A stretch of DNA of 64,000 nt from an uncultured Enterobacteriaceae bacterium. GTDB taxonomy: Bacteria; Pseudomonadota; Gammaproteobacteria; Burkholderiales; SG8-39. The stretch spans positions 16,406-80,405 of the forward strand of contig CAYMVA010000054.1 of assembly GCA_964393745.1 (NCBI GenBank), read 5' to 3'. The notes under the pieces were generated by a model. It had not been told where the DNA came from, did not search any database, and worked only from the letters and a program-made list of their open reading frames with translations. Positions 18,785-27,626 of this stretch are shown here, piece by piece. The translations under genes and the position numbers were made by a program. The stretch's first letter is position 1. The number at the start of each line of letters is the position of its first letter.

Positions 18785-19583
18785 GCCGGAGTTCCTCGGC
18801 GATCGGCTGGCCCGGGAAATGGAAGCGCACCGGGCCGTCGGGCAGCGCGTTGAGGAACTGCTTCAGGAACGGGTTCTCGGCAGCGAGCAGCTCGTGCGGC
18901 GTGCCCTCGCCCATGAGCACGCCGTCGGCGATGACGTAGATGTAGTCCACCAGCTTGAGCGACTCGGAAACGTCGTAAGTGACGATCACCGAAGTGAGCC
19001 CGAGGGCATCGTTCAGCCGCCGGATCAGGCCGGCAATGACGTTGAGCGAAATCGGATCCAGGCCGGCGAACGGCTCGTCGTACATCACCAGCATCGGGTC
19101 GGTGGCGATGGCGCGCGCCAGCGCCACGCGCCGCGTCATGCCGCCGGAAAGGTCCGCTGGCATCATGTCGGCCGCGCCGCGCAGGCCCACCGCGTGCAGC
19201 TTCATCAGCACCAGCGGCCGGATCAGCTCCTCGGGCAGCGCGTAGTGCTCACGCAGCGCAAACGCGAGGTTCTCGTACACCGACAGGTCGGTGAACAGCC
19301 CGCTCGACTGGAACATCATGCCCATCTTGCGCCTGAGCGCGTACAGGTCGTCGGTGGTGAGCTTGTGCACCACCTGGCCGTCGACGCGGATCCAGCCGCG
19401 CGCCGGCGCCAGCTGGCCGCCGATCAGCCTGAGCAGCGTGGTCTTGCCGCTGCCCGAGCCGCCGAGGATCGCCACCACCTTGCCGCGCGGGATCCTGAGC
19501 GACAGGCCGCGCAGGATCTGCAGCTCGCCGTAGGCGAAGTGCAGCTCGGAGATTTCGATCAGGTCGCCGGCGCTTGCGCTCAT
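18759..19583 (-). CDS. mlaF: MlaF/Ttg2A-like ABC ATPase
   Basis: Walker A GGSGSGKT; LSGGMTRRVALARAI; YDEPFAGLDPIS; FLNALPDGPV.FH tail. No mlaE/mlaD adjacent. Confidence 0.78.
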   Translation of the reverse strand: MSASAGDLIEISELHFAYGELQILRGLSLRIPRGKVVAILGGSGSGKTTLLRLIGGQLAPARGWIRVDGQVVHKLTTDDLYALRRKMGMMFQSSGLFTDLSVYENLAFALREHYALPEELIRPLVLMKLHAVGLRGAADMMPADLSGGMTRRVALARAIATDPMLVMYDEPFAGLDPISLNVIAGLIRRLNDALGLTSVIVTYDVSESLKLVDYIYVIADGVLMGEGTPHELLAAENPFLKQFLNALPDGPVRFHFPGQPIAEELRLKSLPPSG

Positions 19584-19641
19584 GTGGGCGCGCAGTTTAA
19601 CCCAGCCGCGTGCACGCAACTGCCTGCAATAGAATGCCGCC

Positions 19642-20676
19642 GTGGCCAGCGATCGCTCCAGGCCGTACGACGGTCTGACGCCCGACGCGGTGCTGGATGC
19701 GCTGCAGAGCGCCGGCTGGCGCGGCGACGGCCGGCTGCTCGCATTGAACAGCTACGAGAACCGCGTCTATCAGGTGACCCTGGAGGACGACTCGTACGTG
19801 GTGGCGAAGTTCTACCGCCCGGAACGCTGGTCGGACGATCAGATCCTCGAAGAGCACGCCTTTGCTATCGAGCTGGCAGAGCTGGAAATCCCGGTGGTGG
19901 CGCCTTATTCCCGATCGGGAATAACGCTGCACCGCCACGCCGGCTCTCGCTTCGCCGTGTTCCCGCGCCGCGGCGGCCGGCCGCCCGAGCTCGAGGACGA
20001 CAAGGTGCTGGAGTGGATCGGGCGCTTCCTCGGCCGCATCCACGCGGTGGGCGCGGCGCGGCCGTTCGCGCACCGGCCTGCGCTCGGCATCGAAACCTTC
20101 GGCACCGAGCCGCGCGACTGGCTCGTGGCTTCGGGCCTCATCCCGGCGGATCTGCTGGAGGCGTGGCGCAGCACCGCCGACCAGGCGCTGGAAGGCGTGG
20201 CGCGCTGCTACCAGCGCGCCGGCATGGGTGACGAACGCGCCAGCGCGTTGCGTTCGATCCGCCTGCATGGCGACTGCCACGCCGGCAACATCCTCTGGAC
20301 CGAGGAAGGCAATCGTTCGGGCGTATCCGGCGGGCCGCACTTCGTCGACCTGGACGACGCGCGCATGGGGCCGGCGGCGCAGGACCTGTGGATGCTGCTC
20401 GGCGGCGATCGCGAGTCCGCCGAAAAAGGCCTCGCCGCGCTGCTGCGCGGTTACCGCCAGTTTCGCGAGTTCGACCTGCGCGAGCTGCTGCTCATCGAGG
20501 CCCTGAGAACCCTGCGCCTGCTGCACTACTCGGCGTGGCTGGCGCGGCGCTGGGACGACCCCGCATTTCCCGCCGCCTTCCCCTGGTTCGGCACCCAGCG
20601 CTACTGGCAGGACCGGATCCTCGAGCTGCGCGAGCAGATCGCGATCATGGATGAACCATCGCTGGCGGCGGAATGA
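19642..20676 (+). CDS. srkA: Stress-response serine/threonine kinase SrkA/RdoA (YihE)
   Basis: LNSYENRVY, KFYRPERW, LHGDCHAGNILW, DLDD and FPWF motifs. Confidence 0.9.
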   Translation: MASDRSRPYDGLTPDAVLDALQSAGWRGDGRLLALNSYENRVYQVTLEDDSYVVAKFYRPERWSDDQILEEHAFAIELAELEIPVVAPYSRSGITLHRHAGSRFAVFPRRGGRPPELEDDKVLEWIGRFLGRIHAVGAARPFAHRPALGIETFGTEPRDWLVASGLIPADLLEAWRSTADQALEGVARCYQRAGMGDERASALRSIRLHGDCHAGNILWTEEGNRSGVSGGPHFVDLDDARMGPAAQDLWMLLGGDRESAEKGLAALLRGYRQFREFDLRELLLIEALRTLRLLHYSAWLARRWDDPAFPAAFPWFGTQRYWQDRILELREQIAIMDEPSLAAE

Positions 20677-22862
20677 AATCCTCGCGCATAATTGCGCCTT
20701 TTCGTGCCGTTGCACCTTTCCACTCCTCGCCGATGCTCCTTTTCGCCGCCACCGTCTTCACCAGCGCGTTCCTGCTGTTCCTGGTACAGCCCATCATCGC
20801 CAAGCAGATCCTGCCCTGGTTCGGCGGCACCGCCGCGGTGTGGACCACCTGCATGGTGTTCTTCCAGCTGGTGCTGCTCGCAGGCTACGCGTACTCGGAC
20901 TTCATCAGCCGCAGGCTCGGGCAGCGTGCGCAGGCGGCGCTGCACACGGCGCTCCTCTTGGCGAGCCTCGCTTTCCTGCCGATCGTCGCCGGCGAAGCGT
21001 GGAAGCCGGCACCCGACACCGAGCCCGGTCCGCGCATCCTGCTGCTGCTCGCGGCGACCATCGGGCTGCCCTACTTCCTGCTCTCGACCACCGGGCCGCT
21101 GGTGCAGGCGTGGTTCGCGCGCAGCTTTCCGAGCGGCACCGTGTACCGGCTGTTCGCGCTCTCCAACCTCGCCTCGCTCATCGCGCTGATCGCTTATCCG
21201 CCGCTGCTCGAGCCCGCGGTGACGCTGCATGGCCAGGCGCTCGCCTGGAGCGCGCTCTACGCGCTGTTCGCCGCACTGTGCATCGGCTCGGCGTGGACCG
21301 CGCTGCGGCACAACGCCACGCTCGCGCCCACTGCGAGCCGCTCCGCCCCCGCACAGGCGGGGGGCGTCTCCCTCGCGGAAGGGGCGCCGACCAAACCTAG
21401 CGTCTCCCCCGCGGAAGCGGGGGTCCACGCTGCCGCCCCTCGCAGGTCCGATTACGCGCTTTGGCTTGCGCTGTCGGGGCTAGGCTCGCTGCTGCTGCTC
21501 GCGGTCACCAACCACGTGACGCAGAACGTCGCCTCGGTGCCGTTCCTGTGGATCCTGCCGCTGGTGCTGTACCTGCTGTCGTTCATCCTGGTGTTCGATG
21601 TCGGCGCCGGTCGCGGCCGCAGCGGCTGGTATGCGCGCATCTGGTGCCTGCCGCTTTTGTTCGTGCTGCTGGTCGGCATGGGCTACGCGCTGTACGAAAA
21701 CCTCGGCGTCATGAACATCAAGGGCGCGATCGCGCTTTACTGCGCCGGCCTGTTCGCGGCCTGCATGTTCTGCCACGGCGAGCTCGCGGCGATGCGCCCG
21801 GCGCCGAAGTACCTGACGCGCTTCTATCTCATGGTGTCGCTCGGTGGCGCCGCAGGCGGCTTGTTTGTGGGCTTGATCGCGCCACGCATTTTCAACACCT
21901 TCCTCGAGCTGCCGCTCGCTCTGGTGCTGTGCGGCGCGCTCGCGGTGCTGCTCACCGCGCGCTCGCTGCCTTCGGGCCCGACGCGAAAGAGAGCACTCGC
22001 GGTCCCGGTGGTGGCGCTTGCGGTCACCGCCAGCGTGCTGTGGCTCTCGGCGGAATACCTGCGCACGCTGCACGACAACGCGCTGCTGCTGACGCGCAAT
22101 TTCTACGGCACGCTGCGCGTCAAGCAGATCGACCGTGGCGACGACCAGAACGCCACCCGCAGCCTGGTGCATGGCGTCATCAACCACGGCTGGCAGTACG
22201 TGGACCCGGAGCTGCGCCGGGAGCCGATCAGCTACTTCGGCCCGAGTTCCGGCATCGCGCGCGCGCTCGACTTCTACTCGGGCAAGCCGCGGCGCGTGGG
22301 GATCGTAGGGCTGGGCGTGGGCGTGTTCGTCGCCTGGGGCAAGCCCGAGGACTATTTCCGTATCTACGAGCTCGACCCGGACGTGGTGAAAATTGCGCGC
22401 GAGCAGTTCTGGTACCTGGCCGATGCGCGCGCAAAAATCGACATCGTCACCGGCGACGGGCGCCTGAACCTCGAGCGCGACCCGCCGCAGCGCTTCGACC
22501 TGCTGTCGGTGGACGCCTTCTCCAGCGGCTCGATCCCGATGCACCTGATGACGCGCGAGGCGCTGCAGGTGTACCGCAGGCACCTGGCGCCCGGCGGCGT
22601 CATCGTCTACAACGTCACCAACCGCTTCGTGAAGCTGGCGCCGGTGCTGAAGATGGTGGCCGAGGCCGAGGGCATGCAGGCACTGCTGATCAGCGACGAC
22701 CCGAGCGAGGACAAGTACTCCGGCACCGACTATGTGCTGGTGACCGAGAACCCGATCCTCGCCGCCGACAAGCGCTTCGCCGACGCCGAGCCGATCGAGC
22801 CGATCCCGGGCCTCGCGCCCTGGACCGATAGTTTCAACAACCTGTTCAAGGTGGTGAAGTAG
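20673..22862 (+). CDS. Fused multi-TM membrane protein / spermidine-synthase-like SAM-dependent domain
   Basis: About 12 TM segments, then GLGVG, YELDPDVV, GDGR, DAFSSGSIP.HL.TRE motifs. Confidence 0.85.
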   Translation: MKSSRIIAPFRAVAPFHSSPMLLFAATVFTSAFLLFLVQPIIAKQILPWFGGTAAVWTTCMVFFQLVLLAGYAYSDFISRRLGQRAQAALHTALLLASLAFLPIVAGEAWKPAPDTEPGPRILLLLAATIGLPYFLLSTTGPLVQAWFARSFPSGTVYRLFALSNLASLIALIAYPPLLEPAVTLHGQALAWSALYALFAALCIGSAWTALRHNATLAPTASRSAPAQAGGVSLAEGAPTKPSVSPAEAGVHAAAPRRSDYALWLALSGLGSLLLLAVTNHVTQNVASVPFLWILPLVLYLLSFILVFDVGAGRGRSGWYARIWCLPLLFVLLVGMGYALYENLGVMNIKGAIALYCAGLFAACMFCHGELAAMRPAPKYLTRFYLMVSLGGAAGGLFVGLIAPRIFNTFLELPLALVLCGALAVLLTARSLPSGPTRKRALAVPVVALAVTASVLWLSAEYLRTLHDNALLLTRNFYGTLRVKQIDRGDDQNATRSLVHGVINHGWQYVDPELRREPISYFGPSSGIARALDFYSGKPRRVGIVGLGVGVFVAWGKPEDYFRIYELDPDVVKIAREQFWYLADARAKIDIVTGDGRLNLERDPPQRFDLLSVDAFSSGSIPMHLMTREALQVYRRHLAPGGVIVYNVTNRFVKLAPVLKMVAEAEGMQALLISDDPSEDKYSGTDYVLVTENPILAADKRFADAEPIEPIPGLAPWTDSFNNLFKVVK
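21346..21427. repeat. Three in-frame CCCCCGC-N4-GCGGGGG hairpin units (family C) inside the membrane/spermidine-synthase-like gene
   Basis: Units at 21346..21363, 21366..21384 (degenerate) and 21402..21427; they encode APAQAGGVSLAEGAPTKPSVSPAEAGVH. Confidence 0.8.
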
Positions 22863-22894
22863 CGGCCGATGCAGCGGGCCAATGAGATGATCAA

Positions 22895-23875
22895 GTGATC
22901 CTGCGCCGCACGTTCCTCGCGGGCCTTGCTGTGCTCGCCGCTCCGCTCGCCGCGAAGGCGCAGCGCCAGCCGGCGAAGATCGCTCGCATCGGGTTCCTGG
23001 GCCTCAGTTCCGCTTCCGCTACCGCGAGCCGCGTGGAGGCGATGCGCACGGGCCTGCGGGACCTCGGCTACGTAGATGGCAAGAACATCGTCATCGAGTA
23101 CCGCTGGGCCGAGAATAAATATGATCGGCTCCCCGAACTTGCGGCCGAGCTGGTTCGTAGCAAGGTTGACGTCCTCGTGACCTACGGGGCACCCGGAACC
23201 CGCGCTGCCAAAGGAGCCACCACGACGATTCCGATCGTCAGTGCGGCGACCGGAGATGCCGTTGCCATGGGCCTGGTAGCGAGCCTCGCGCGGCCCGGCG
23301 GGAACGTCACCGGATCGACCTACTTCATCCAGGACCTCTTCGCAAAGCGACTCGAGCTGCTCAAGCAGGCCCTGCCGCGCGTCAACCAGGTCGCTATCCT
23401 CCTGAATCCGAGCAACCCCGCAAACTTGACGAACATCAAGACGATGGAGATTGCGGCCAAGTCAATGAAAGTGGATTTGCACCGATTCGAGGCGCGCGGA
23501 CCCGACGAGTTCGAGAGCGCGTTTGCGGCAATGGCGCAAGAAGGCGTTGACGCGGTCCAAGTGATCGAGGACGCCATGCTCAACGCGAACGTGAAAGGGA
23601 CCGCGGAACTTGCCGCCAGGCATCGACTCCCCTCGGTCGGGTTCGCGGATTTCGCCAGGGCAGGAGGCCTGCTCGGCTACGGGGTGAACATTCTCGAGCT
23701 GTTCCGGCGCGTGGCCTACTTTGTAGACAGGATCCTCAAGGGAACCAAGCCTGCTGATCTGCCAGTAGAGCAGCCAACCAGGTTCGAGCTGGTGGTCAAT
23801 ATGAAATGCGCCAGGGCGCTCGGCGTCAGGATGCCGCAAGAACTGTTGCTGCGGGCCGACGAGGTGATCGAGTAA
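22895..23875 (+). CDS. Orphan ABC substrate-binding protein (Trp/Tyr-binding-like family ending LLRADEVIE)
   Basis: RRTFL leader; GLRDLGYVDGKNIVIEYRWAE, SLARPGGNVTG and PADLPVEQPTRFELVVN motifs. Confidence 0.85.
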   Translation: MILRRTFLAGLAVLAAPLAAKAQRQPAKIARIGFLGLSSASATASRVEAMRTGLRDLGYVDGKNIVIEYRWAENKYDRLPELAAELVRSKVDVLVTYGAPGTRAAKGATTTIPIVSAATGDAVAMGLVASLARPGGNVTGSTYFIQDLFAKRLELLKQALPRVNQVAILLNPSNPANLTNIKTMEIAAKSMKVDLHRFEARGPDEFESAFAAMAQEGVDAVQVIEDAMLNANVKGTAELAARHRLPSVGFADFARAGGLLGYGVNILELFRRVAYFVDRILKGTKPADLPVEQPTRFELVVNMKCARALGVRMPQELLLRADEVIE

Positions 23876-23983
23876 GCGGCTGCGCATCGCGCGGTCGCCC
23901 CAGCCGAAGCGGGCGCCGGGATTGCATGCGCTCCTATGGCATAATGGGCGCATAGGTGTCTATGTGTCTGTAAGGAGCCTGCC

Positions 23984-24283
23984 ATGGAGAACCCGGTCCG
24001 CTGGTCGCTGAAGGTGTCGAAGGAAACCGACGAAGCGCTGCGCGCCCACCTCGGCCAGGCGGGCGGGCGCAAAGGCGACCTTTCGAGATTCGTCCAGGAA
24101 GCGGTCCAGGCTCGGCTCAGGGCGGAGATGCGCGCGGCCGCAAAACCGGGGCGGCAGAGCCGCACCCGGGAAGGGCTGGCCGAGGCGCTGCAGGAGATCC
24201 GCGCGCGCACGCGGACACTGTCGAAGTCCCGCTTCGAGAAACTGGTGACGGAGGCCGTGGCCTACGCGCGCAAGCGACGCTGA
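23984..24283 (+). CDS. Putative ribbon-helix-helix antitoxin
   Basis: N-terminal RWSLKVS.ETD..LR..L strand-helix pattern; directly upstream of a PIN gene; AAGGAG RBS. Confidence 0.7.
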   Translation: MENPVRWSLKVSKETDEALRAHLGQAGGRKGDLSRFVQEAVQARLRAEMRAAAKPGRQSRTREGLAEALQEIRARTRTLSKSRFEKLVTEAVAYARKRR

Positions 24284-24286
24284 GGC

Positions 24287-24697
24287 GTGCTGGTCGTCCT
24301 CGACAGCAACGTTCTGCTGAGCGCGCTGCACTCGGGGCTCAGCCCTCCGGCGCAGATCGTGGAGGCATGGCGCAAGGGCCGCTTCCGGCTGGTGACGAGT
24401 CTCGATCAGATCGCGGAGTTCAAGCGGGCGGCGCGCTATCCGAAGCTGCGCCCATTTCTGCCGCGCGGCGCCATCGGCCGCGTGGTCAACGAGTTGCGTT
24501 CGGCGGAGGTACTGCTCGAGCGTTTGCGGCGCGCAGGCGAGTCGCCGGATCCGGGCGACGACTACCTGCTGGCGATGGCGATCGCGGCGGGCGCCGATTT
24601 CCTCGTCACCGGCGACAAGCTTCTGCTTGCCGTGAAGCGGGCCGGGCACGCACGGATCGTCGCGCCGCGCAGCTTCGCTGCCATGCTCGCCCGTTGA
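24287..24697 (+). CDS. PIN-domain putative toxin
   Basis: VVLDSNVLLSA, DPGDDYLL and LVTGDK motifs. Confidence 0.85.
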   Translation: MLVVLDSNVLLSALHSGLSPPAQIVEAWRKGRFRLVTSLDQIAEFKRAARYPKLRPFLPRGAIGRVVNELRSAEVLLERLRRAGESPDPGDDYLLAMAIAAGADFLVTGDKLLLAVKRAGHARIVAPRSFAAMLAR

Positions 24698-24738
24698 GAC
24701 CGCCGCCGGCGGTGGGCGCCGGGGCCGCAGCGCCGCCG

Positions 24739-24761
24739 ACTGTAAAGTCACGCTTTACACT
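24739..24761. repeat. Family A palindrome (ACTGTAAAGT-CAC-GCTTTACACT)
   Basis: Near-perfect copy of the 4195 element in reverse orientation; intergenic. Confidence 0.88.
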
Positions 24762-24825
24762 TCGGCCGCTCGCGGCCGGGTACGGTCATTTGATTGTTCC
24801 CGAAACGCCGGCCAATCCCGGCGCA

Positions 24826-24853
24826 TCACTCGATTACCGCGTCCGCCCGATAC
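24826..24853 (-). other. 28-bp remnant of a paralogous substrate-binding-protein 3' end (reads Y-R-A-D-A-V-I-E-stop)
   Basis: Imperfect tandem duplicate of the final codons of the adjacent gene (R-A-D-R-V-I-E-stop), at a 28-bp offset. Confidence 0.7.
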
Positions 24854-25843
24854 TCATTCGATTACCCGGTCAGCTCGCAGCAGCAGCGACTGCGGGATGG
24901 TGATGCCGAGCGCTCTGGCAGTCTTCAGGTTGACGGCCAGCTCGAAACGCGTAGGCCGCTCGATAGGGACCTCGCCCGGCCGCGCACCTTGCAGAACTTT
25001 CCCCATGATGCCCCCTGCCTGCCGGAACATGCTCGAGAGGTGCGGCCCGTATGCCATCAACCCTCCGGCGTCGGCAAAATCGGGAAACGGCATCATGGCC
25101 GGCATTCTGTGCTTTAGCGCAAGCTCCGCGATTTCCTTCCGGGCCGAGTTGAACACGGGCGAGGACAGCGCCAGCAGCGCCTCCGCTTTTTGCGCTGCCG
25201 CCGATTCAAAAGCGCGCGCGAAATCCGCGGGACTGCGCGCCTCCAGTCGGAGCAGTTGCACCCGCATCGACGAACCCGCTGCCTCGGCTCCCTTCAAGAG
25301 GTTGGGTCCTGTGGCCGGGTCCCATAGCACGCCGATGCGGTTCAGTTTCGGCGCAGCTTCCTTCAGCAACTGGATCCACTTGCCGCCCAGCTCGGGAAAA
25401 TCGAGAAACAGCCCGGTGATGTTTCTCCCGGGGCGAGCCAGGGCTACGGCGAACCCATCCCCAATTGGATCCGATTCCAGATCTACCGCTACGATGGGTA
25501 TGACAGTGGTCGCATTCGCGGCCGCCCTCACTCCCGCTGGAGCCATGGCAAAAATCGCGTCCACCTTGGCGCGCACCAAATCGTTCGCCAGGGCAAGTAT
25601 TTCCTCCGTCTTCCCGGCTCGCACCCGATATTCGAACGTCAGGTTTGTCCCCTCCGTGAATCGGAGCTCGCGCAGCGCCTGCCGGAACGGATCAAAGTTC
25701 TGCCGGAACACCGCATCGTCCGGTGCGGGCCGGAGTACCCCAACGCGCCACACCTTCCCCGCCTGCTGCGCCTCGGCGGCGAACGGTGCGGCCAGAAGAG
25801 CGCCTGCAGAGAGCAGAAAACAACGGCGTTCGAGTTGCCCCAT
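24854..25843 (-). CDS. Orphan ABC substrate-binding protein (same family as 22895), convergent
   Basis: ERRCFLL leader; LARPGRNITG, AGGLMAYGP and PIERPTRFELAVN motifs; ends LLRADRVIE; GGAGGAG RBS. Confidence 0.85.
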   Translation of the reverse strand: MGQLERRCFLLSAGALLAAPFAAEAQQAGKVWRVGVLRPAPDDAVFRQNFDPFRQALRELRFTEGTNLTFEYRVRAGKTEEILALANDLVRAKVDAIFAMAPAGVRAAANATTVIPIVAVDLESDPIGDGFAVALARPGRNITGLFLDFPELGGKWIQLLKEAAPKLNRIGVLWDPATGPNLLKGAEAAGSSMRVQLLRLEARSPADFARAFESAAAQKAEALLALSSPVFNSARKEIAELALKHRMPAMMPFPDFADAGGLMAYGPHLSSMFRQAGGIMGKVLQGARPGEVPIERPTRFELAVNLKTARALGITIPQSLLLRADRVIE

Positions 25844-25854
25844 GTCTCCTCCCG

Positions 25855-25932
25855 CTAGCGGCCGGTTCGCACGAACTCCAGCAGTTCCTTGCCGAACAGG
25901 TCGTCATCCGAACCCAGAAGCAACCGTCTCAT
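25855..25932 (-). CDS. Possible 25-aa small ORF (MRRLLLGSDDDLFGKELLEFVRTGR)
   Basis: GGAGG RBS before ATG 25932; stop 11 nt before the next gene. Could be a gene remnant. Confidence 0.3.
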   Translation of the reverse strand: MRRLLLGSDDDLFGKELLEFVRTGR

Positions 25933-26091
25933 CGCACCCTCCATTCGCTACTGCACAGCCCGTTCGGTGAGCCGCGGGCGCGACGATTGTAACGGGGCGC
26001 GCTCGGGCCGGTGCCGGGATTTTCGGAGAACCTCCCTATTGACGGCGCGTAGACGGGGCGATAGCTTGGCCCTCCCACAAAGGAGGAACGC

Positions 26092-26592
26092 ATGAACGCG
26101 ACCCTGATGCGCAGACTATTGCTCGGTGCAGCCATCGGCCTGGCGGCGGCATTGCCTGCGATCGCCGCGGAATCGGCGGCGGTGCCGCTCGCCGGCATGA
26201 AGGAGATGAAGATCGCCTTCGACATCACCGATGCCAACCCCAAGGTGCTGCTCAACAAGCTCGAGGTGATCGACGAGACGCGCCAATCGCTGCTCAAGCA
26301 GGGCGTGACGCCCAAGTTCGTGCTCGCGTTCCGCGGCGAGGCCTCGCGCTTCGTGCAGACCGACATCGACAAGATCAAGCCCGAGGATCGCGAGCTCGCC
26401 GCCAAGGTACTCGCCAAGGTGAAGGCGCTCAAGCAGGCGCCGGGCGTGGAATCGCTCGAGCAGTGCTCGATTCCCCTGCGCCAGCGCGAGATCGCCGAAT
26501 CGAAGGTCGCCCCGGAGATCAAGGTGGTGGAAAACGGCTGGATCGCGCTGGTGTCCTACCAGACGCGGGGCTACGCCTACATCGCCCCCTGA
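26092..26592 (+). CDS. Secreted DsrE-family protein
   Basis: AAGGAGG RBS; signal peptide; KIAFDI, LAFRG, EQC and V.NGWIAL..YQ..GYAYI motifs. Confidence 0.72.
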   Translation: MNATLMRRLLLGAAIGLAAALPAIAAESAAVPLAGMKEMKIAFDITDANPKVLLNKLEVIDETRQSLLKQGVTPKFVLAFRGEASRFVQTDIDKIKPEDRELAAKVLAKVKALKQAPGVESLEQCSIPLRQREIAESKVAPEIKVVENGWIALVSYQTRGYAYIAP

Positions 26593-26612
26593 GGCCAGTT
26601 CTCCGGGTAAAC

Positions 26613-27599
26613 ATGAAACGCCGCCGGGTCCTGAAGCTCGCCGCGGCGCTGCCGCTCTGGCTTGCCGCCGGGCCGGGGCTGCGGGCGCAGGACGCGGCGG
26701 CGAACTGGCCCAGGCGGCCGGTGCGGCTGATCATCCCGTTCACGCCCGGCGGCAGCACCGATTTCCAAGGCCGGCTGCTGTGCGAGTGGCTGAGCCGCGC
26801 GCTCGGCCAGCAGTTCGTCATCGACCACAAGCCCGGCGCCGGCAGCAACATCGGCGTCGCCGAGTTGGCGCGCAGCGCGCCAGACGGCTACACCCTGGGC
26901 TGGATCACCGTCGCCTCGCACGCGATCAACCCGACGCTCTACGCCAAGCTGCCCTTCGACCACATGCGGGATTTTTCCCCGGTATCGATGGTCGGCACTT
27001 TCCCCAACCTGCTGGTGGTCACCAACAGCCTGCCGGTGCGCACGGTGCCGGAGCTGATCGCATTGTTGAAGAACGAACCCGGCAAGTACGCCTTCGCCTC
27101 CTCGGGACAGGGCACTTCGCTGCACCTTTCCGGCGAGATGTTCAAGGTGATGACGGGGACCGACATGCTGCACGTGCCCTACAAGGGCGGCGGCCCCTCG
27201 ATCCAGGACGTGATCTCGGGCCACGTGCACATGACTTTCGGCAACATGCCCACGGTCATGCCGCACGCGAAAGCGGGGCGGGTGCGCGCCGTCGCCGTGA
27301 CTTCGGCGGAGCGCTGGTTTCTCGCGCCCGAGATCCCGGCGATCGCGGAAACGGTGCCGGGATTTCTCGCCATGTCCTGGCACGGCGTAGCGTTTCCAGC
27401 CGGCACGCCGGGCGCAATCGTGGACAAGCTCGCGACCGCGATCCAGCGCGCCCTGGCGAGCACCGAATTGCAGGAGCGCTTCGCCACCGGCGGTTCCAAG
27501 GCGACCTCGATGTCGCCGCAGCAGTTCGCCGCCTTCATCCGCGAAGACACCGAGCGCTGGGCGCCGGTAATCCGCGCGGCCGGCGCGCGTGTCGACTAG
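26613..27599 (+). CDS. TctC/Bug substrate-binding protein with Tat-like leader
   Basis: MKRRRVLK leader; WPRRPVRLIIPFTPGGSTD and HKPGAGSNIG motifs. Confidence 0.9.
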   Translation: MKRRRVLKLAAALPLWLAAGPGLRAQDAAANWPRRPVRLIIPFTPGGSTDFQGRLLCEWLSRALGQQFVIDHKPGAGSNIGVAELARSAPDGYTLGWITVASHAINPTLYAKLPFDHMRDFSPVSMVGTFPNLLVVTNSLPVRTVPELIALLKNEPGKYAFASSGQGTSLHLSGEMFKVMTGTDMLHVPYKGGGPSIQDVISGHVHMTFGNMPTVMPHAKAGRVRAVAVTSAERWFLAPEIPAIAETVPGFLAMSWHGVAFPAGTPGAIVDKLATAIQRALASTELQERFATGGSKATSMSPQQFAAFIREDTERWAPVIRAAGARVD

Positions 27600-27626
27600 A
27601 CAACTTCACAGGGAGAATTCCCAGCC

